The position numbers and the translations under genes are program-made. The notes beneath the pieces were generated by a model that saw nothing but the letters and a program-made list of their open reading frames with translations, ran no database searches and had not been told where the DNA came from. A DNA stretch of 21,178 bases, taken from contig CAZAUK010000026.1 of the NCBI GenBank assembly GCA_964488475.1, forward strand, positions 1 through 21,178, written 5' to 3'. Source of the stretch: an uncultured bacterium. GTDB taxonomy: Bacteria; Krumholzibacteriota; Krumholzibacteriia; Krumholzibacteriales; WJIX01. Positions 7,081 through 15,321 of the stretch are shown one piece after another; within the stretch, counting starts at the first letter, position 1, and the number at the start of each line of letters is the position of its first letter.

Positions 7081-7974
7081 CTACGACCCCTTAGATGCCT
7101 CATCCGTAGGAGCGTATTTTCTGAAAACAAGATAGGCCCCGGAGCCCAGAGCCGCGCCCAGCGCCATTCCCGCGGCTACGTCCAGCGGCCAGTGTGCCCC
7201 GATATAGATTCTGGAGATGGAGACTAGTATGGCGACTATAAATAGGGGAACTAACAACTTTCTGTAGACCAGGCCCAGAAAAAGCATCGCGGCGGTGATA
7301 TTGGTGGCGTGACCGGAGGGAAAGGAGAAAGATGATTTGTAGCTTCTGGTGACTTCCAGGGGGGTGGTCATCCAGCCCGAGTCTTCGCTCCAGAAGTGGA
7401 CCCCGCCCAGTACCTCCACCGGCCGAAGCCGCTCGACTGCCTGTTTCAGCAGACTGCTCGATATCTGATCGGAGGCGACAATAAGCGGTATCAGGGCCAG
7501 CGCGGCCCATCTGCCTCTGGTCTTCCCGAATATTACCAGCGCGGACCAGATCAAAAGCACTACAACTCTCAATCTGTCAAAATCAGTCACCGCCGGCATC
7601 AGGGTGTCCAGGAATCCGGTCTGAACAGTCCGGTTGAAAAATCTGAAGATCCGTTTGTCCAGGTCCGGTTGACCGGCGGCCAAGCGGCGGGCCGCTGACG
7701 CCGGAGAATCGGCTTGGCGTCCTGATGGAAAGGCGGGGGCGGGCCGGGCGGCTGGTACTTGCTTGCCAATTGGCGCGGCCGAGTCTTTCTCATTGCTCGA
7801 TTCAAGGGTCAGGACGGGTTTTGGGCGGCCTTCAAGCGTGTCGCGCAACGAGTTTCTTTTATAGTTTGCAGAAGGGCCGGCCCCGGCGCACTGGCTTGAC
7901 CCGGAAGAGCAGATCCAGCAGAAGGCGAAAACAGCTGCCGCCGCCAGAGAGGAAAATTTGCCTGATATATTCAT
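7081..7974 (-). CDS. PAP2-family phosphatase (type-2 phosphatidic acid / undecaprenyl-PP phosphatase-like) with a roughly 120-aa Ala/Pro-rich N-terminal extension
   Basis: All three PAP2 motifs are present: KQAVERLRP (KxxxxxxRP), SFPSGH (PSGH) and SRIYIGAHWPLDV (SRxxxxxHxxxD). Multiple TM segments. It starts 18 nt after the stop of the upstream outer-membrane gene. Confidence 0.8.
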   Translation of the reverse strand: MNISGKFSSLAAAAVFAFCWICSSGSSQCAGAGPSANYKRNSLRDTLEGRPKPVLTLESSNEKDSAAPIGKQVPAARPAPAFPSGRQADSPASAARRLAAGQPDLDKRIFRFFNRTVQTGFLDTLMPAVTDFDRLRVVVLLIWSALVIFGKTRGRWAALALIPLIVASDQISSSLLKQAVERLRPVEVLGGVHFWSEDSGWMTTPLEVTRSYKSSFSFPSGHATNITAAMLFLGLVYRKLLVPLFIVAILVSISRIYIGAHWPLDVAAGMALGAALGSGAYLVFRKYAPTDEASKGS

Positions 7975-7992
7975 CCAGTCCGCGCCCGCGCT

Positions 7993-8583
7993 TTAGAAAG
8001 TGAATCCTCCAAGCAGGGAGAAGTACTTGGTGGAACTGCCTTCGGTAAAGATTATATGGAACAGAGGTTTTATCTCCCAGGTCCACTTTTCAGACTGGTG
8101 TACGGTCACCCCGCCGCCCAGATTTAATCCCGGCTTGAACTCCGAATCCTTGTAAGAGGTTGTAGTGCCCGAGACGGTGGTCTCGACATCCCAGGAGAAC
8201 CTGTAGAATCCGAATCCGGCCTGGCCGAAGAAAACGGCAGCGCCCATCGTATTGGGATTGAATATGAATTTCGCCTGAGGCAGGAATTCCATCACCGAGC
8301 CGGACCCGTCGATATCGGCCTGGGGAACCGCCCATCCGCCCTTGTCCACTCCCCATCTGTTGTAGGCGATCCTTCCGCCTAAGTGCACCCAGTCGTTATA
8401 GGGATAGAATCCGTCCAGTCCCAGGCACAGGCCGGTGTTGTAAAAATCCCCCGCGTCGCCGACCGGCATGGACAGTCCCGCGCCGGCGCTGAATTCGAGC
8501 ATATCCAGTTTTCCCTGGGCCTTGGTGTGTGAGATCGGGAGAATAATAAGAAGCGCGAAGATCAAAACAGCGACTTTCCGCAT
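7993..8583 (-). CDS. Small outer-membrane beta-barrel protein (OmpW/OmpA-like, 196 aa)
   Basis: Signal peptide MRKVAVLIFALLIILPISHTKAQG. Alternating hydrophobic, Gly/aromatic-rich beta-strand pattern. The C-terminal GGFTF ends in Phe, the typical BAM signal. RBS AAGGAGG. Confidence 0.7.
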   Translation of the reverse strand: MRKVAVLIFALLIILPISHTKAQGKLDMLEFSAGAGLSMPVGDAGDFYNTGLCLGLDGFYPYNDWVHLGGRIAYNRWGVDKGGWAVPQADIDGSGSVMEFLPQAKFIFNPNTMGAAVFFGQAGFGFYRFSWDVETTVSGTTTSYKDSEFKPGLNLGGGVTVHQSEKWTWEIKPLFHIIFTEGSSTKYFSLLGGFTF

Positions 8584-8744
8584 TCGATTTCCTCCTTCGG
8601 CAATTTGTTCAGACGCTTTTCCCTCGTTCAGAGGCTGATAAAACCGGCGGGGCCCGCGAACTCGATTTCCGGCAATTCGGTTGAGCGTAGAATGCCAGCT
8701 TTCTTTTTATATTACAAGAAATGAATGATGTTTCAGCCGAAGAT

Positions 8745-9569
8745 TCATGGCCCCGTTAGTTCGATAAGGCGCCTGGAAAAGTTGAATCCGCCTATTTGAG
8801 ATACGATTGACCTTTTTCCAGCTGTAAAGGGAAAGTTTATCAGCTCCGGCCTGCCCGCCGGGCTCAGCGAAACATTCTCCAGAAATTCGCCACACTTCAG
8901 GATAGAGGACGGCAGGGTAGCGAAGAACATGAAATCTATCAGCCCTTCCGCTTCCCTCTGGTCGACAGAGCACATAACGGACCTTCCGGGAATAACAGAA
9001 GGATCTGTCTTAAAGACGGGCTGGTTCTTGGTAAAGAACCTTCCGGCCTTAAGATACGCGAAAGGATTGCGAGCCGGGAATGCCGGGACATAGACTCTGA
9101 AAGAGCCGGCTGATTCGATGCTGGAAAGAAGCGTTTCTATCTCCCTGCCGCCGGGGGCGGCTTTCCGGTTGGAGAGGCCCGCGAGCATTCTCAGCCTTGC
9201 CGTTCCAGAGCCGGATTCAGTAGCGCTCGCATCTTCAAGTTCCCCGCCATTTTCGATCCTGCCGGCGGCTATTTCTCCAACTGTTTTCCTGATTCTTTCC
9301 AGGGATCTCAGCATACGGATTCTGAGCTGAACCGTGTCTATTTCAATCGACCAGAAGGGGAGAAATATAGAATCATCACTGATTCCGTCATTCGGAAGGG
9401 CGCCGCGTATTCTGATTTCTTTAAGGCCGCTTCGGGATATTATGAAATAGTTATAGCAGCCGGCGCATTGAAAGGTGATGCATTCCGGGTTCCCTTCCAG
9501 AGCTGATCCGCATCTTGGGCAAACGAGTCTTTCTATGGTAAGGGATCCGTTCATATCAACTTCCTTCAA
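8745..9569 (-). CDS. N-terminal zinc-ribbon protein, paralog 1 of 3 (274 aa, no TM)
   Basis: CPRCGS...CAGC ribbon followed by a conserved PFW segment (IFLPFWSIEI). It overlaps the stop of the upstream gene by 14 nt, consistent with translational coupling. RBS GAAGGAAG. Confidence 0.65.
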   Translation of the reverse strand: MKEVDMNGSLTIERLVCPRCGSALEGNPECITFQCAGCYNYFIISRSGLKEIRIRGALPNDGISDDSIFLPFWSIEIDTVQLRIRMLRSLERIRKTVGEIAAGRIENGGELEDASATESGSGTARLRMLAGLSNRKAAPGGREIETLLSSIESAGSFRVYVPAFPARNPFAYLKAGRFFTKNQPVFKTDPSVIPGRSVMCSVDQREAEGLIDFMFFATLPSSILKCGEFLENVSLSPAGRPELINFPFTAGKRSIVSQIGGFNFSRRLIELTGP

Positions 9570-10662
9570 ACCATCTGCTCAGCCTGTGCTTGAGCCAACG
9601 GTGCGGGGCAATGACTCCGCCGCTTTTGACCTGGTCGGCCGTGTAGACAAGGGCGGCGGCGATGATCACCAGGGGAAACCAGGTGCCCGCCAGAAAGGCC
9701 AGCGCGGCCGGCACGAAAAAAAACGGAGCGGGATTTATCGTTTTTCTTTTGGGGACGTCGGAGCGGATAACAGCGCCGCTGGAGCCGTCTATTGTTATAA
9801 CGTGTATGATATCCCTGAACTTGTAGCGGATCAGGTAGACCGGGTAATAGTAAAGGGACAGGGATTTGCCGAACAGGTTGAATCTTCCGGCGTGGATTCT
9901 GGAGCCGGAGGGCTTGGCCAGGTTTATTGAATGTTTCAGGCAGTCGGCTTCCGCTTTCTTTTCTCCTGTCATGGGAATAGCGATATTCATGGAGGCCTTG
10001 AGGTCGTGGTTGAATACCTCCCATTCAAGAAGGGAGGCTCTGAGGGCTATTCCCTGAAGCCCGAGGTATCTTAGAACGCAGGCCGGGGCGCTCCAGTCCA
10101 CGCGCCTGGTTATGAATTTGGAGAAAGGATGTTTGACCTCCCTCACCGTTGTCGTGGTCATCTCTCCGTTTGGAGTGGCTACCGGCTTTTCGATCTTTTT
10201 AAGCTCGACCCGGTCTCCGCAGATCCATCCCATGAATCTTCCTCTCATCTTCCAGAAAGGCACGTAGACCAGCTTTTCCTCCATGATGGAAGTGTGTTTG
10301 GCTTTTACCAGGTCACCGCTCTCCTTGGAAATATGACGAATAGCGGTGAGCCTGGCCTTGCCCCCGGTTATTTCAGGCTTCAGGTAGAAGCTTCTGACTC
10401 CTCGAGGATCAGAGACGTACAGCCCGGCCCCGCAGTATTCACATTCCAGGCTCTTTACCCCTTCCGAGACTCTCAGCGATCCTCCGCATGACGGGCAGAG
10501 GGCTCCAAAAGTCTCCCGGGCAGCCGGCCGACCGGGGTCAGGTTCCTTTCCCCGGAACCGGCTTTCCGATACTGATGCTGCTACAGGGTCGAAGGCCGAT
10601 TGAAAACCTTCAGCCAAGCCGTGGCCCGGAACGCCCTTCTGGTAAAGAGTATGGTCATTCAT
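9556..10662 (-). CDS. Zinc-ribbon protein, paralog 2 of 3, with a C-terminal TM anchor (368 aa from M42 of the track ORF)
   Basis: Start trimmed to ATG 10662 because it forms an ATGAATGA overlap with the stop of the upstream CDS 10655..11359. Ribbon CPSCGG...CEYCG. Conserved YVPFWKMRG segment. C-terminal hydrophobic stretch FFFVPAALAFLAGTWFPLVIIAAALVY. Confidence 0.6.
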   Translation of the reverse strand: MNDHTLYQKGVPGHGLAEGFQSAFDPVAASVSESRFRGKEPDPGRPAARETFGALCPSCGGSLRVSEGVKSLECEYCGAGLYVSDPRGVRSFYLKPEITGGKARLTAIRHISKESGDLVKAKHTSIMEEKLVYVPFWKMRGRFMGWICGDRVELKKIEKPVATPNGEMTTTTVREVKHPFSKFITRRVDWSAPACVLRYLGLQGIALRASLLEWEVFNHDLKASMNIAIPMTGEKKAEADCLKHSINLAKPSGSRIHAGRFNLFGKSLSLYYYPVYLIRYKFRDIIHVITIDGSSGAVIRSDVPKRKTINPAPFFFVPAALAFLAGTWFPLVIIAAALVYTADQVKSGGVIAPHRWLKHRLSRWFEGS

Positions 10663-11359
10663 TGGAGGCCGCCAACTTGCCGCGAAGCTTGAAAAACAAA
10701 AATCCGGCCGCCGCGGCCGCTCCCAGCAGCACCAGCCTCGGCAGGGTTCCACCGGCCAGCCGGCCCAGAAAAAGGTAGCCGGCAAAAAGAGCGCCCGCGG
10801 CGATTATTCCGGGCTTATCCAGAGGTTCGGCTTTTCTGGGAGGCAGGCGGTCAATCTGAACCCACCAGCTTTCCCCGATGACCGCAGCTTTCCAACGCCT
10901 TTTGGACAGGTTAAAGGAGACGTCATAAACCGGCAGGTATATTATTCTGGAAGCGTCAGGGTCGACGGCGGAAGGCCTGATTATTTTTTCTCCCCCGGCC
11001 AGTTCCTGGTCAAAGTAGCAGTAATCGCCGGCGGGTGGATCCGGCATAGGCCCGACAGATGAAGGAGCGTCCCCGCTGGGGCAGGCGCTGTTGCCTCCAT
11101 CCTGATCTTCTATGATGAAGAATGGGGCGAAGGCGAATTTAATTCTGATGTTTTTGGCTCGTCCCATGTTTCGTTTCAGAAGAAACGACTCAAGTACATC
11201 TTCCGCGGTGCGGTCGTTCCTCTGGTGGGGAAGAATAAGCTGTTCCCCGCGGCCGCCGTCTTCCACGGTAAGGGCTGAACCGCAGTAAGAGCACCTCATC
11301 ATGCTCTGTCCTGGATGAACCCTGTTTTCGCCGCCGCATAGATCGCACTTGACCAGCAT
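10655..11359 (-). CDS. Zinc-ribbon protein, paralog 3 of 3, with a C-terminal TM anchor (234 aa)
   Basis: Ribbon CDLCGG...CSYCGS. FAFAPFFIIED segment. C-terminal hydrophobic stretch IIAAGALFAGYLFLG...LVLLGAAAAAGFLFF. It starts 2 nt after the stop of the SPFH gene (TAGAAATG). RBS GGGAGA. Confidence 0.65.
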   Translation of the reverse strand: MLVKCDLCGGENRVHPGQSMMRCSYCGSALTVEDGGRGEQLILPHQRNDRTAEDVLESFLLKRNMGRAKNIRIKFAFAPFFIIEDQDGGNSACPSGDAPSSVGPMPDPPAGDYCYFDQELAGGEKIIRPSAVDPDASRIIYLPVYDVSFNLSKRRWKAAVIGESWWVQIDRLPPRKAEPLDKPGIIAAGALFAGYLFLGRLAGGTLPRLVLLGAAAAAGFLFFKLRGKLAASNE

Positions 11360-11361
11360 TT

Positions 11362-12507
11362 CTAATCTCCCTGAACCCTTTCACCACAGTTTGTGCAGAA
11401 CTTCGTGCCGGGCGGCAGCTTGGCCCCGCAATGCCGGCATTTCAGATCCTCGCTCAGTTCTTTTCCGCAGTTGGAACAGAATCTGGCTTCCCCGGGCAGC
11501 TCCGTATGGCATTCGGGGCACCTGTTCATGGAGATGAGCTGGGCGCCGCAGTTTCTGCAGAACCTCGAATCGGATGAGACCTCATTGTGGCAGCGGGGGC
11601 AGTTCAGTTGCCCGGCCGCTGCTTCGCCCTGTCCGGCCGGCCGCCCCGTGACCGCCTGGGCGAGCATTCCGGGCATCATCATTCCCAGACCGGCTCCCAC
11701 TCCTATTCCCATTCCGCCGGCCGCGGCGCTTCCCGCGCCGCCGGTCCCGGCGCCGGTTGCTGCGTCCCCCATCGCTTTGGCCGCCTTGAACTTGAAGAAA
11801 CTGTCAAGATTTCCCACCGCCTGAAGCCCGCTCCTCTCGTCGATCATCTTCTGCACCTCGGCCGGAGGAGTAATGGAATTTATATACAAGTCCACCAGCT
11901 CCATGCCGTACTTTGAAAAGTCGTTTTCAAGACGGTTTCTTATTTCCACGGCCAGCTCGTCGTAATTCTGCGGAAGCTCGAATATGGTGTCGAGCTGCTC
12001 GCCGAACAGATCATTGATTCTGGAGACGATCACGTCTCTTAAATAGTTCCCTATCATCTCGCTGGTGTACACGCCCTGGGTCCCCACCACGTGGTTTATA
12101 AACAGGACCGGTTCCCTGATCTTGAAGGTATAGAGCCCGAAGGCCCTCAGCCTTACCAGACCCAGCTTGCTGTCCTTAAAGGCCACGGGATCCTTGGTCC
12201 CCCATTTCTGGCTTAGGAAGGTCTTCATGTTTACGAAGTAGACCTCGGCCCTGAAGGGACTTTTGAACCCCCAGGGAAGTGAGAGGACCTTGGTGAGAAT
12301 GGGAAGGTTTTTAGTGGTCAGAGTGTGGCGGCCGGAACCGAAAATATCCAGTCCCTTACCGTCCTTGAAAAAAACGGCGCTCTGGTTGTCTCGAACCACC
12401 AGCTGGGCCCCCATCTTGATTTCGGCTGATCCTTCAGGGGGCAGCCGGTGGACGATTTCTTGCCCGCTCTGGTCGAACCATTCCAGTACTTCCATAAACT
12501 GAGACAT
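11362..12507 (-). CDS. SPFH/Band-7 (Band_7_1, YdjI-like) domain protein with a Gly/Ala/Met-rich linker and three C-terminal zinc ribbons (381 aa)
   Basis: The start is set at M6 (ATG 12507), which follows the RBS GGAGGAAAG. N-terminal segments [18 protein letters not shown] and [27 protein letters not shown] match my recollection of the Band_7_1 family, often mis-annotated as 'virion core protein'. The C-terminus carries CPRCH..CRNCG, CPECH..CSNCG and CRHCG..CTNCG. Confidence 0.75.
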   Translation of the reverse strand: MSQFMEVLEWFDQSGQEIVHRLPPEGSAEIKMGAQLVVRDNQSAVFFKDGKGLDIFGSGRHTLTTKNLPILTKVLSLPWGFKSPFRAEVYFVNMKTFLSQKWGTKDPVAFKDSKLGLVRLRAFGLYTFKIREPVLFINHVVGTQGVYTSEMIGNYLRDVIVSRINDLFGEQLDTIFELPQNYDELAVEIRNRLENDFSKYGMELVDLYINSITPPAEVQKMIDERSGLQAVGNLDSFFKFKAAKAMGDAATGAGTGGAGSAAAGGMGIGVGAGLGMMMPGMLAQAVTGRPAGQGEAAAGQLNCPRCHNEVSSDSRFCRNCGAQLISMNRCPECHTELPGEARFCSNCGKELSEDLKCRHCGAKLPPGTKFCTNCGERVQGD

Positions 12508-12860
12508 CTTTCCTCCATTCACTGTGTTTGTTATCTGTTATAATCACTGCGCTTAAGTGCGCCGGCGGCTTCATCCGCCGGGACTAGCCATAAAAATCAT
12601 CGTTGCTTATTTTTTCGGGTATATTCCATTTGAGCAAAGGGAGTGCCAAAATTCACCCTGCCCTGGAGTTATGGAGGAAAGCCCGGCCGCCGCCGGGCAA
12701 AATCTGTCTGGACAACCGATTTATATATTTTAATATATATGTAGCGCCACCGGCGGCCCGGTAAAGAATGATGAATATCGGTCTCCGCTGTGGGTCAGCC
12801 GCTTGAAAGAAGCAGCCGCGATGGCTGGGGGCAACGGTTTTAACAGGGAAACGGCCTGAG

Positions 12861-14582
12861 ATGAAATCATATATTCTGCCTTCGATCGTTCGGTATTTCA
12901 TATATCCCTTTTACCGGGGTTTTAGAAAGGACAGGGTTCTTTCCATACTGGATGAACTGGAGCGGAACCAGTGGCTGTCCTTCGAAGAGATAGAGGATAT
13001 CCAGTGGCGGAGGCTGATAGGCCTGCTCAAATACGCCGTCCTGCACGTACCCTATTACCGGGACCTCTTCAAAAAAAGAGATATTATGGCGGACCAGATT
13101 GAAAGTGCCTCCGATTTCAGGAAAATCCCTTTTCTTACCAGAAATCTGATCAGGGACAACAGCCGGGAACTGGTAAGCGGGGATCCCCTGCGCAAGGGTT
13201 ACGTCGCCAGCACGGGCGATTACGCCGGAGAGCTTCTTGATGTTTTCTGTGATTACTCGGCGGGGCCGGTCCGGCGTGCCAACACCTTAAGGCAGCTCAG
13301 GGCCGCAGGTGTCGACATAGGCGAGAAACAGCTGTATCTGGTAGGGTTTCAGAGTGACAGGCCGCTCAAAGAGCGCTTTAAGGAAGGGATCAAGGATTTT
13401 TTCTATAACAGAAGATTCCTTTCCGCTTTCGATATGTCGGAAGACAACATGAAAAGGTACGCTTCGGTGGAGCGTTCCTACAGGCCGTCTCTGGTAGTGG
13501 GGATTCCATCGGCCCTCACCCTTTTCTCGAAGTTCTGCCTTAACAATTCGATAGAGCTTCATACCCCCAAAGCGATCTTCACCAAGGGAGAGACTCTATA
13601 CCAGGATCAGAGGGAAATGATCGAGAAAGCGTTCTCGGCGCCGGTGTTCAACCGGTACGGATCTAGAGAGTTCGCCGAGGTAGCCTGCGAATGCGAAAAA
13701 CACGACGGAATGCACCTGTCAAGCGATCTGTTCTACGTGGAGGTTGTAAGGCCCGGCGGCGGGCCCGCCGCTCCCGGGGAAGAGGGGGAGCTGGTGATCA
13801 CCGATCTTTCAAATCTATATATGCCTTTTATTCGATACAGGACCGGCGATAAGGCCGTTCAGTCGGACAGGCAGTGTTCCTGTGGAAGGGGGCTTCCTCT
13901 CCTGGAAGGTATAGAAGCCCGAACGGTGGACTCGGTGAGGACGCCGGGGGGAAAGGTGGTTCCCGGTTTTTTCTGGATGTGGCTGTCCAGGACAGTACCC
14001 GGAGTCAAAAGGTTCCAGGTGGAACAGATGAAGTTGTCCTCCATAAATTACAGGATGATTCCCGGAAGGGGCTGGAAGGATGAATACGCTGAAGAGCTCA
14101 AGAAAAAAATTAGAGCTAACTGCGGAGAAAACATGAGCGTTAATATGATGATCGTTGATGAGATACCGGTATCTGAAAACGGCAGGGCCCGGTTCATGAT
14201 TTCTAATATAAAGGATAGGCTGGTAATAAAATCAAAGATTCACAAGGCGAACGTTACCGGGGTAGAGCCCGGCCTCAATGACTGTTTGCGGATCGACGCC
14301 GAACTCATGGATCTGGCGGACATATCTGAATACGAGAAGATACTCATAGTCAACAGCACCAACGGTTCCCGCCTGGAGACTTTCGCTGTCAGGGGAGAAA
14401 GGGGGACCGGGGAGATAGTCTCCTGCGGTGGAGTTTCAGCCCAGGTTTCCAGGGGAGATGAGATAGGCGTCATGGCATTCACCTGGTCCAGCGAACCGGA
14501 AAGCGCCTTCAGCAACATTCTGGTGGATGAAAAGAACAGGTTCTCGCGTTATCTTACCGAGACGGCTGGAGATAAGATTTAG
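12861..14582 (+). CDS. PaaK/CapK-family adenylate-forming enzyme (phenylacetate-CoA-ligase-like) fused to a C-terminal PanD-like, probably non-catalytic, domain (573 aa)
   Basis: The N-terminal roughly 440 aa show the PaaK/CapK/F390-synthetase-like signatures: WLSFEEIEDIQWRRLIGLLKYAVLHVPYYRDLF, IRYRTGD and EARTVDSVRTPGGKVVPGFF (the A8-like R.DD.....G..V.P). The C-terminal roughly 125 aa align along their whole length with aspartate 1-decarboxylase. Confidence 0.75.
   Translation: MKSYILPSIVRYFIYPFYRGFRKDRVLSILDELERNQWLSFEEIEDIQWRRLIGLLKYAVLHVPYYRDLFKKRDIMADQIESASDFRKIPFLTRNLIRDNSRELVSGDPLRKGYVASTGDYAGELLDVFCDYSAGPVRRANTLRQLRAAGVDIGEKQLYLVGFQSDRPLKERFKEGIKDFFYNRRFLSAFDMSEDNMKRYASVERSYRPSLVVGIPSALTLFSKFCLNNSIELHTPKAIFTKGETLYQDQREMIEKAFSAPVFNRYGSREFAEVACECEKHDGMHLSSDLFYVEVVRPGGGPAAPGEEGELVITDLSNLYMPFIRYRTGDKAVQSDRQCSCGRGLPLLEGIEARTVDSVRTPGGKVVPGFFWMWLSRTVPGVKRFQVEQMKLSSINYRMIPGRGWKDEYAEELKKKIRANCGENMSVNMMIVDEIPVSENGRARFMISNIKDRLVIKSKIHKANVTGVEPGLNDCLRIDAELMDLADISEYEKILIVNSTNGSRLETFAVRGERGTGEIVSCGGVSAQVSRGDEIGVMAFTWSSEPESAFSNILVDEKNRFSRYLTETAGDKI
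14196..14579 (+). other. PanD-like domain within the fusion protein (residues ~446-573)
   Basis: IKSKIHKANVT aligns with PanD LKSKIHRATVT, so K9, H11, R54 and T57 are conserved. The cleavage/pyruvoyl site G24-S25 is replaced by D-C (codons GAC TGT at 14280-14285). Y58 is F, and the N72 of NGAAAH is C (CGGVSAQ). An in-frame ATG at 14196 lies just upstream of the domain. Confidence 0.65.
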
Positions 14583-14583
14583 A

Positions 14584-14640
14584 CTGTCCCGGCCCCGATA
14601 TAAATTTCAACCTGTATCAGGAGGGAGACAGGTTTTATTT
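14584..14640 (+). terminator. Possible weak intrinsic terminator after the PaaK-PanD-like fusion gene
   Basis: CCTGT-(12-nt loop)-ACAGG at 14611-14632, followed by TTTTATTT (14633-14640). An alternative outer pairing is CTGTCCC / GGGA(ga)CAG. The stem is short, so this call is weak. Confidence 0.3.
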
Positions 14641-14927
14641 CATCCCGGCCCGGCATTAGGATCACGTGCCGCTTTGAAACCGGTATAGGATTCAACCAGC
14701 ATCCTGCGGTAGTCCGGATTCATTCCATCTCGCCCCGGGAATAAAATTCGCCTCATCCCTGCCGGTATTTTTTTCTTTGCCTTTGTTTTTAATAATTATT
14801 AAATATATTTTATACGAAGCCACCGTTATTCAGAATTACCGGCCGCCGATTTAAGCTTGGAGGTTTTCCGGCTCCCGGCGATAACCGGCGGCATATTACA
14901 CAAGATGTTTTTAAAGGGAGCGCTTCT

Positions 14928-15287
14928 ATGAAAAGGCTTCTTCTCAAATCGATGATATTAGACGCCAGGGTTACCCAGGCCGACCTTCGCTACGTGGGAA
15001 GCATAACCATAGACGAGGATCTTCTGGAAAAATCGGATCTGTCCGAGCATGAGAATGTTCATGTCGTCAACAGGACTAACGGCAACAGGCTGCAGACTTA
15101 CATCATAAAAGGGGAGAGGGGTTCGGGAGTCATATGCATGAACGGCGCGGCAGCTCACCTGGTCAACGAGGGCGACCATATAGATATTATGACCTTTTCC
15201 TGGTCCGAGGATGAGGCCCGGCCGCTTTTTATAAAGCTGGACGGGAAAAACCGCTTTCTGAGGTACTGCGGCAGTGATGAGATCTGA
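14928..15287 (+). CDS. panD: Aspartate 1-decarboxylase (PanD) zymogen, 119 aa, with non-canonical M9/L11
   Basis: Colinear with E. coli, B. subtilis and M. tuberculosis PanD: ...VTQADLRYVGSITIDEDL...NGNRLQTYIIKGERGSGVICMNGAAAHLV. G24-S25, R54, T57, Y58 and N72 are conserved, but position 9 is M (canonical K) and position 11 is L (canonical H). RBS AAGGGAG. A 60-bp AT-rich block at 14780-14822 upstream is a likely promoter region. Confidence 0.85.
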   Translation: MKRLLLKSMILDARVTQADLRYVGSITIDEDLLEKSDLSEHENVHVVNRTNGNRLQTYIIKGERGSGVICMNGAAAHLVNEGDHIDIMTFSWSEDEARPLFIKLDGKNRFLRYCGSDEI

Positions 15288-15321
15288 CACCGTCTTCCTC
15301 TGATTCCCGGAAAGGAAAACA

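Noticed and set aside
9475-10785. ORFs 9475..9930(+), 9566..10024(-), 10129..10491(+), 10488..10778(+), and the 41-aa N-terminal extension of the 409-aa track ORF
   Set aside because: They are shadow frames. The extension (MPATFFWAGWPVEPCRGWCCWERP...) overlaps the upstream gene by 130 nt. The internal ATG at 10662 gives a canonical ATGA-type coupling overlap instead.
12653-12901. 82-aa minus-strand ORF in the divergent intergenic region
   Set aside because: It overlaps the start of the PaaK-like gene and GC-hairpin-rich promoter DNA. It has no RBS or recognisable feature.
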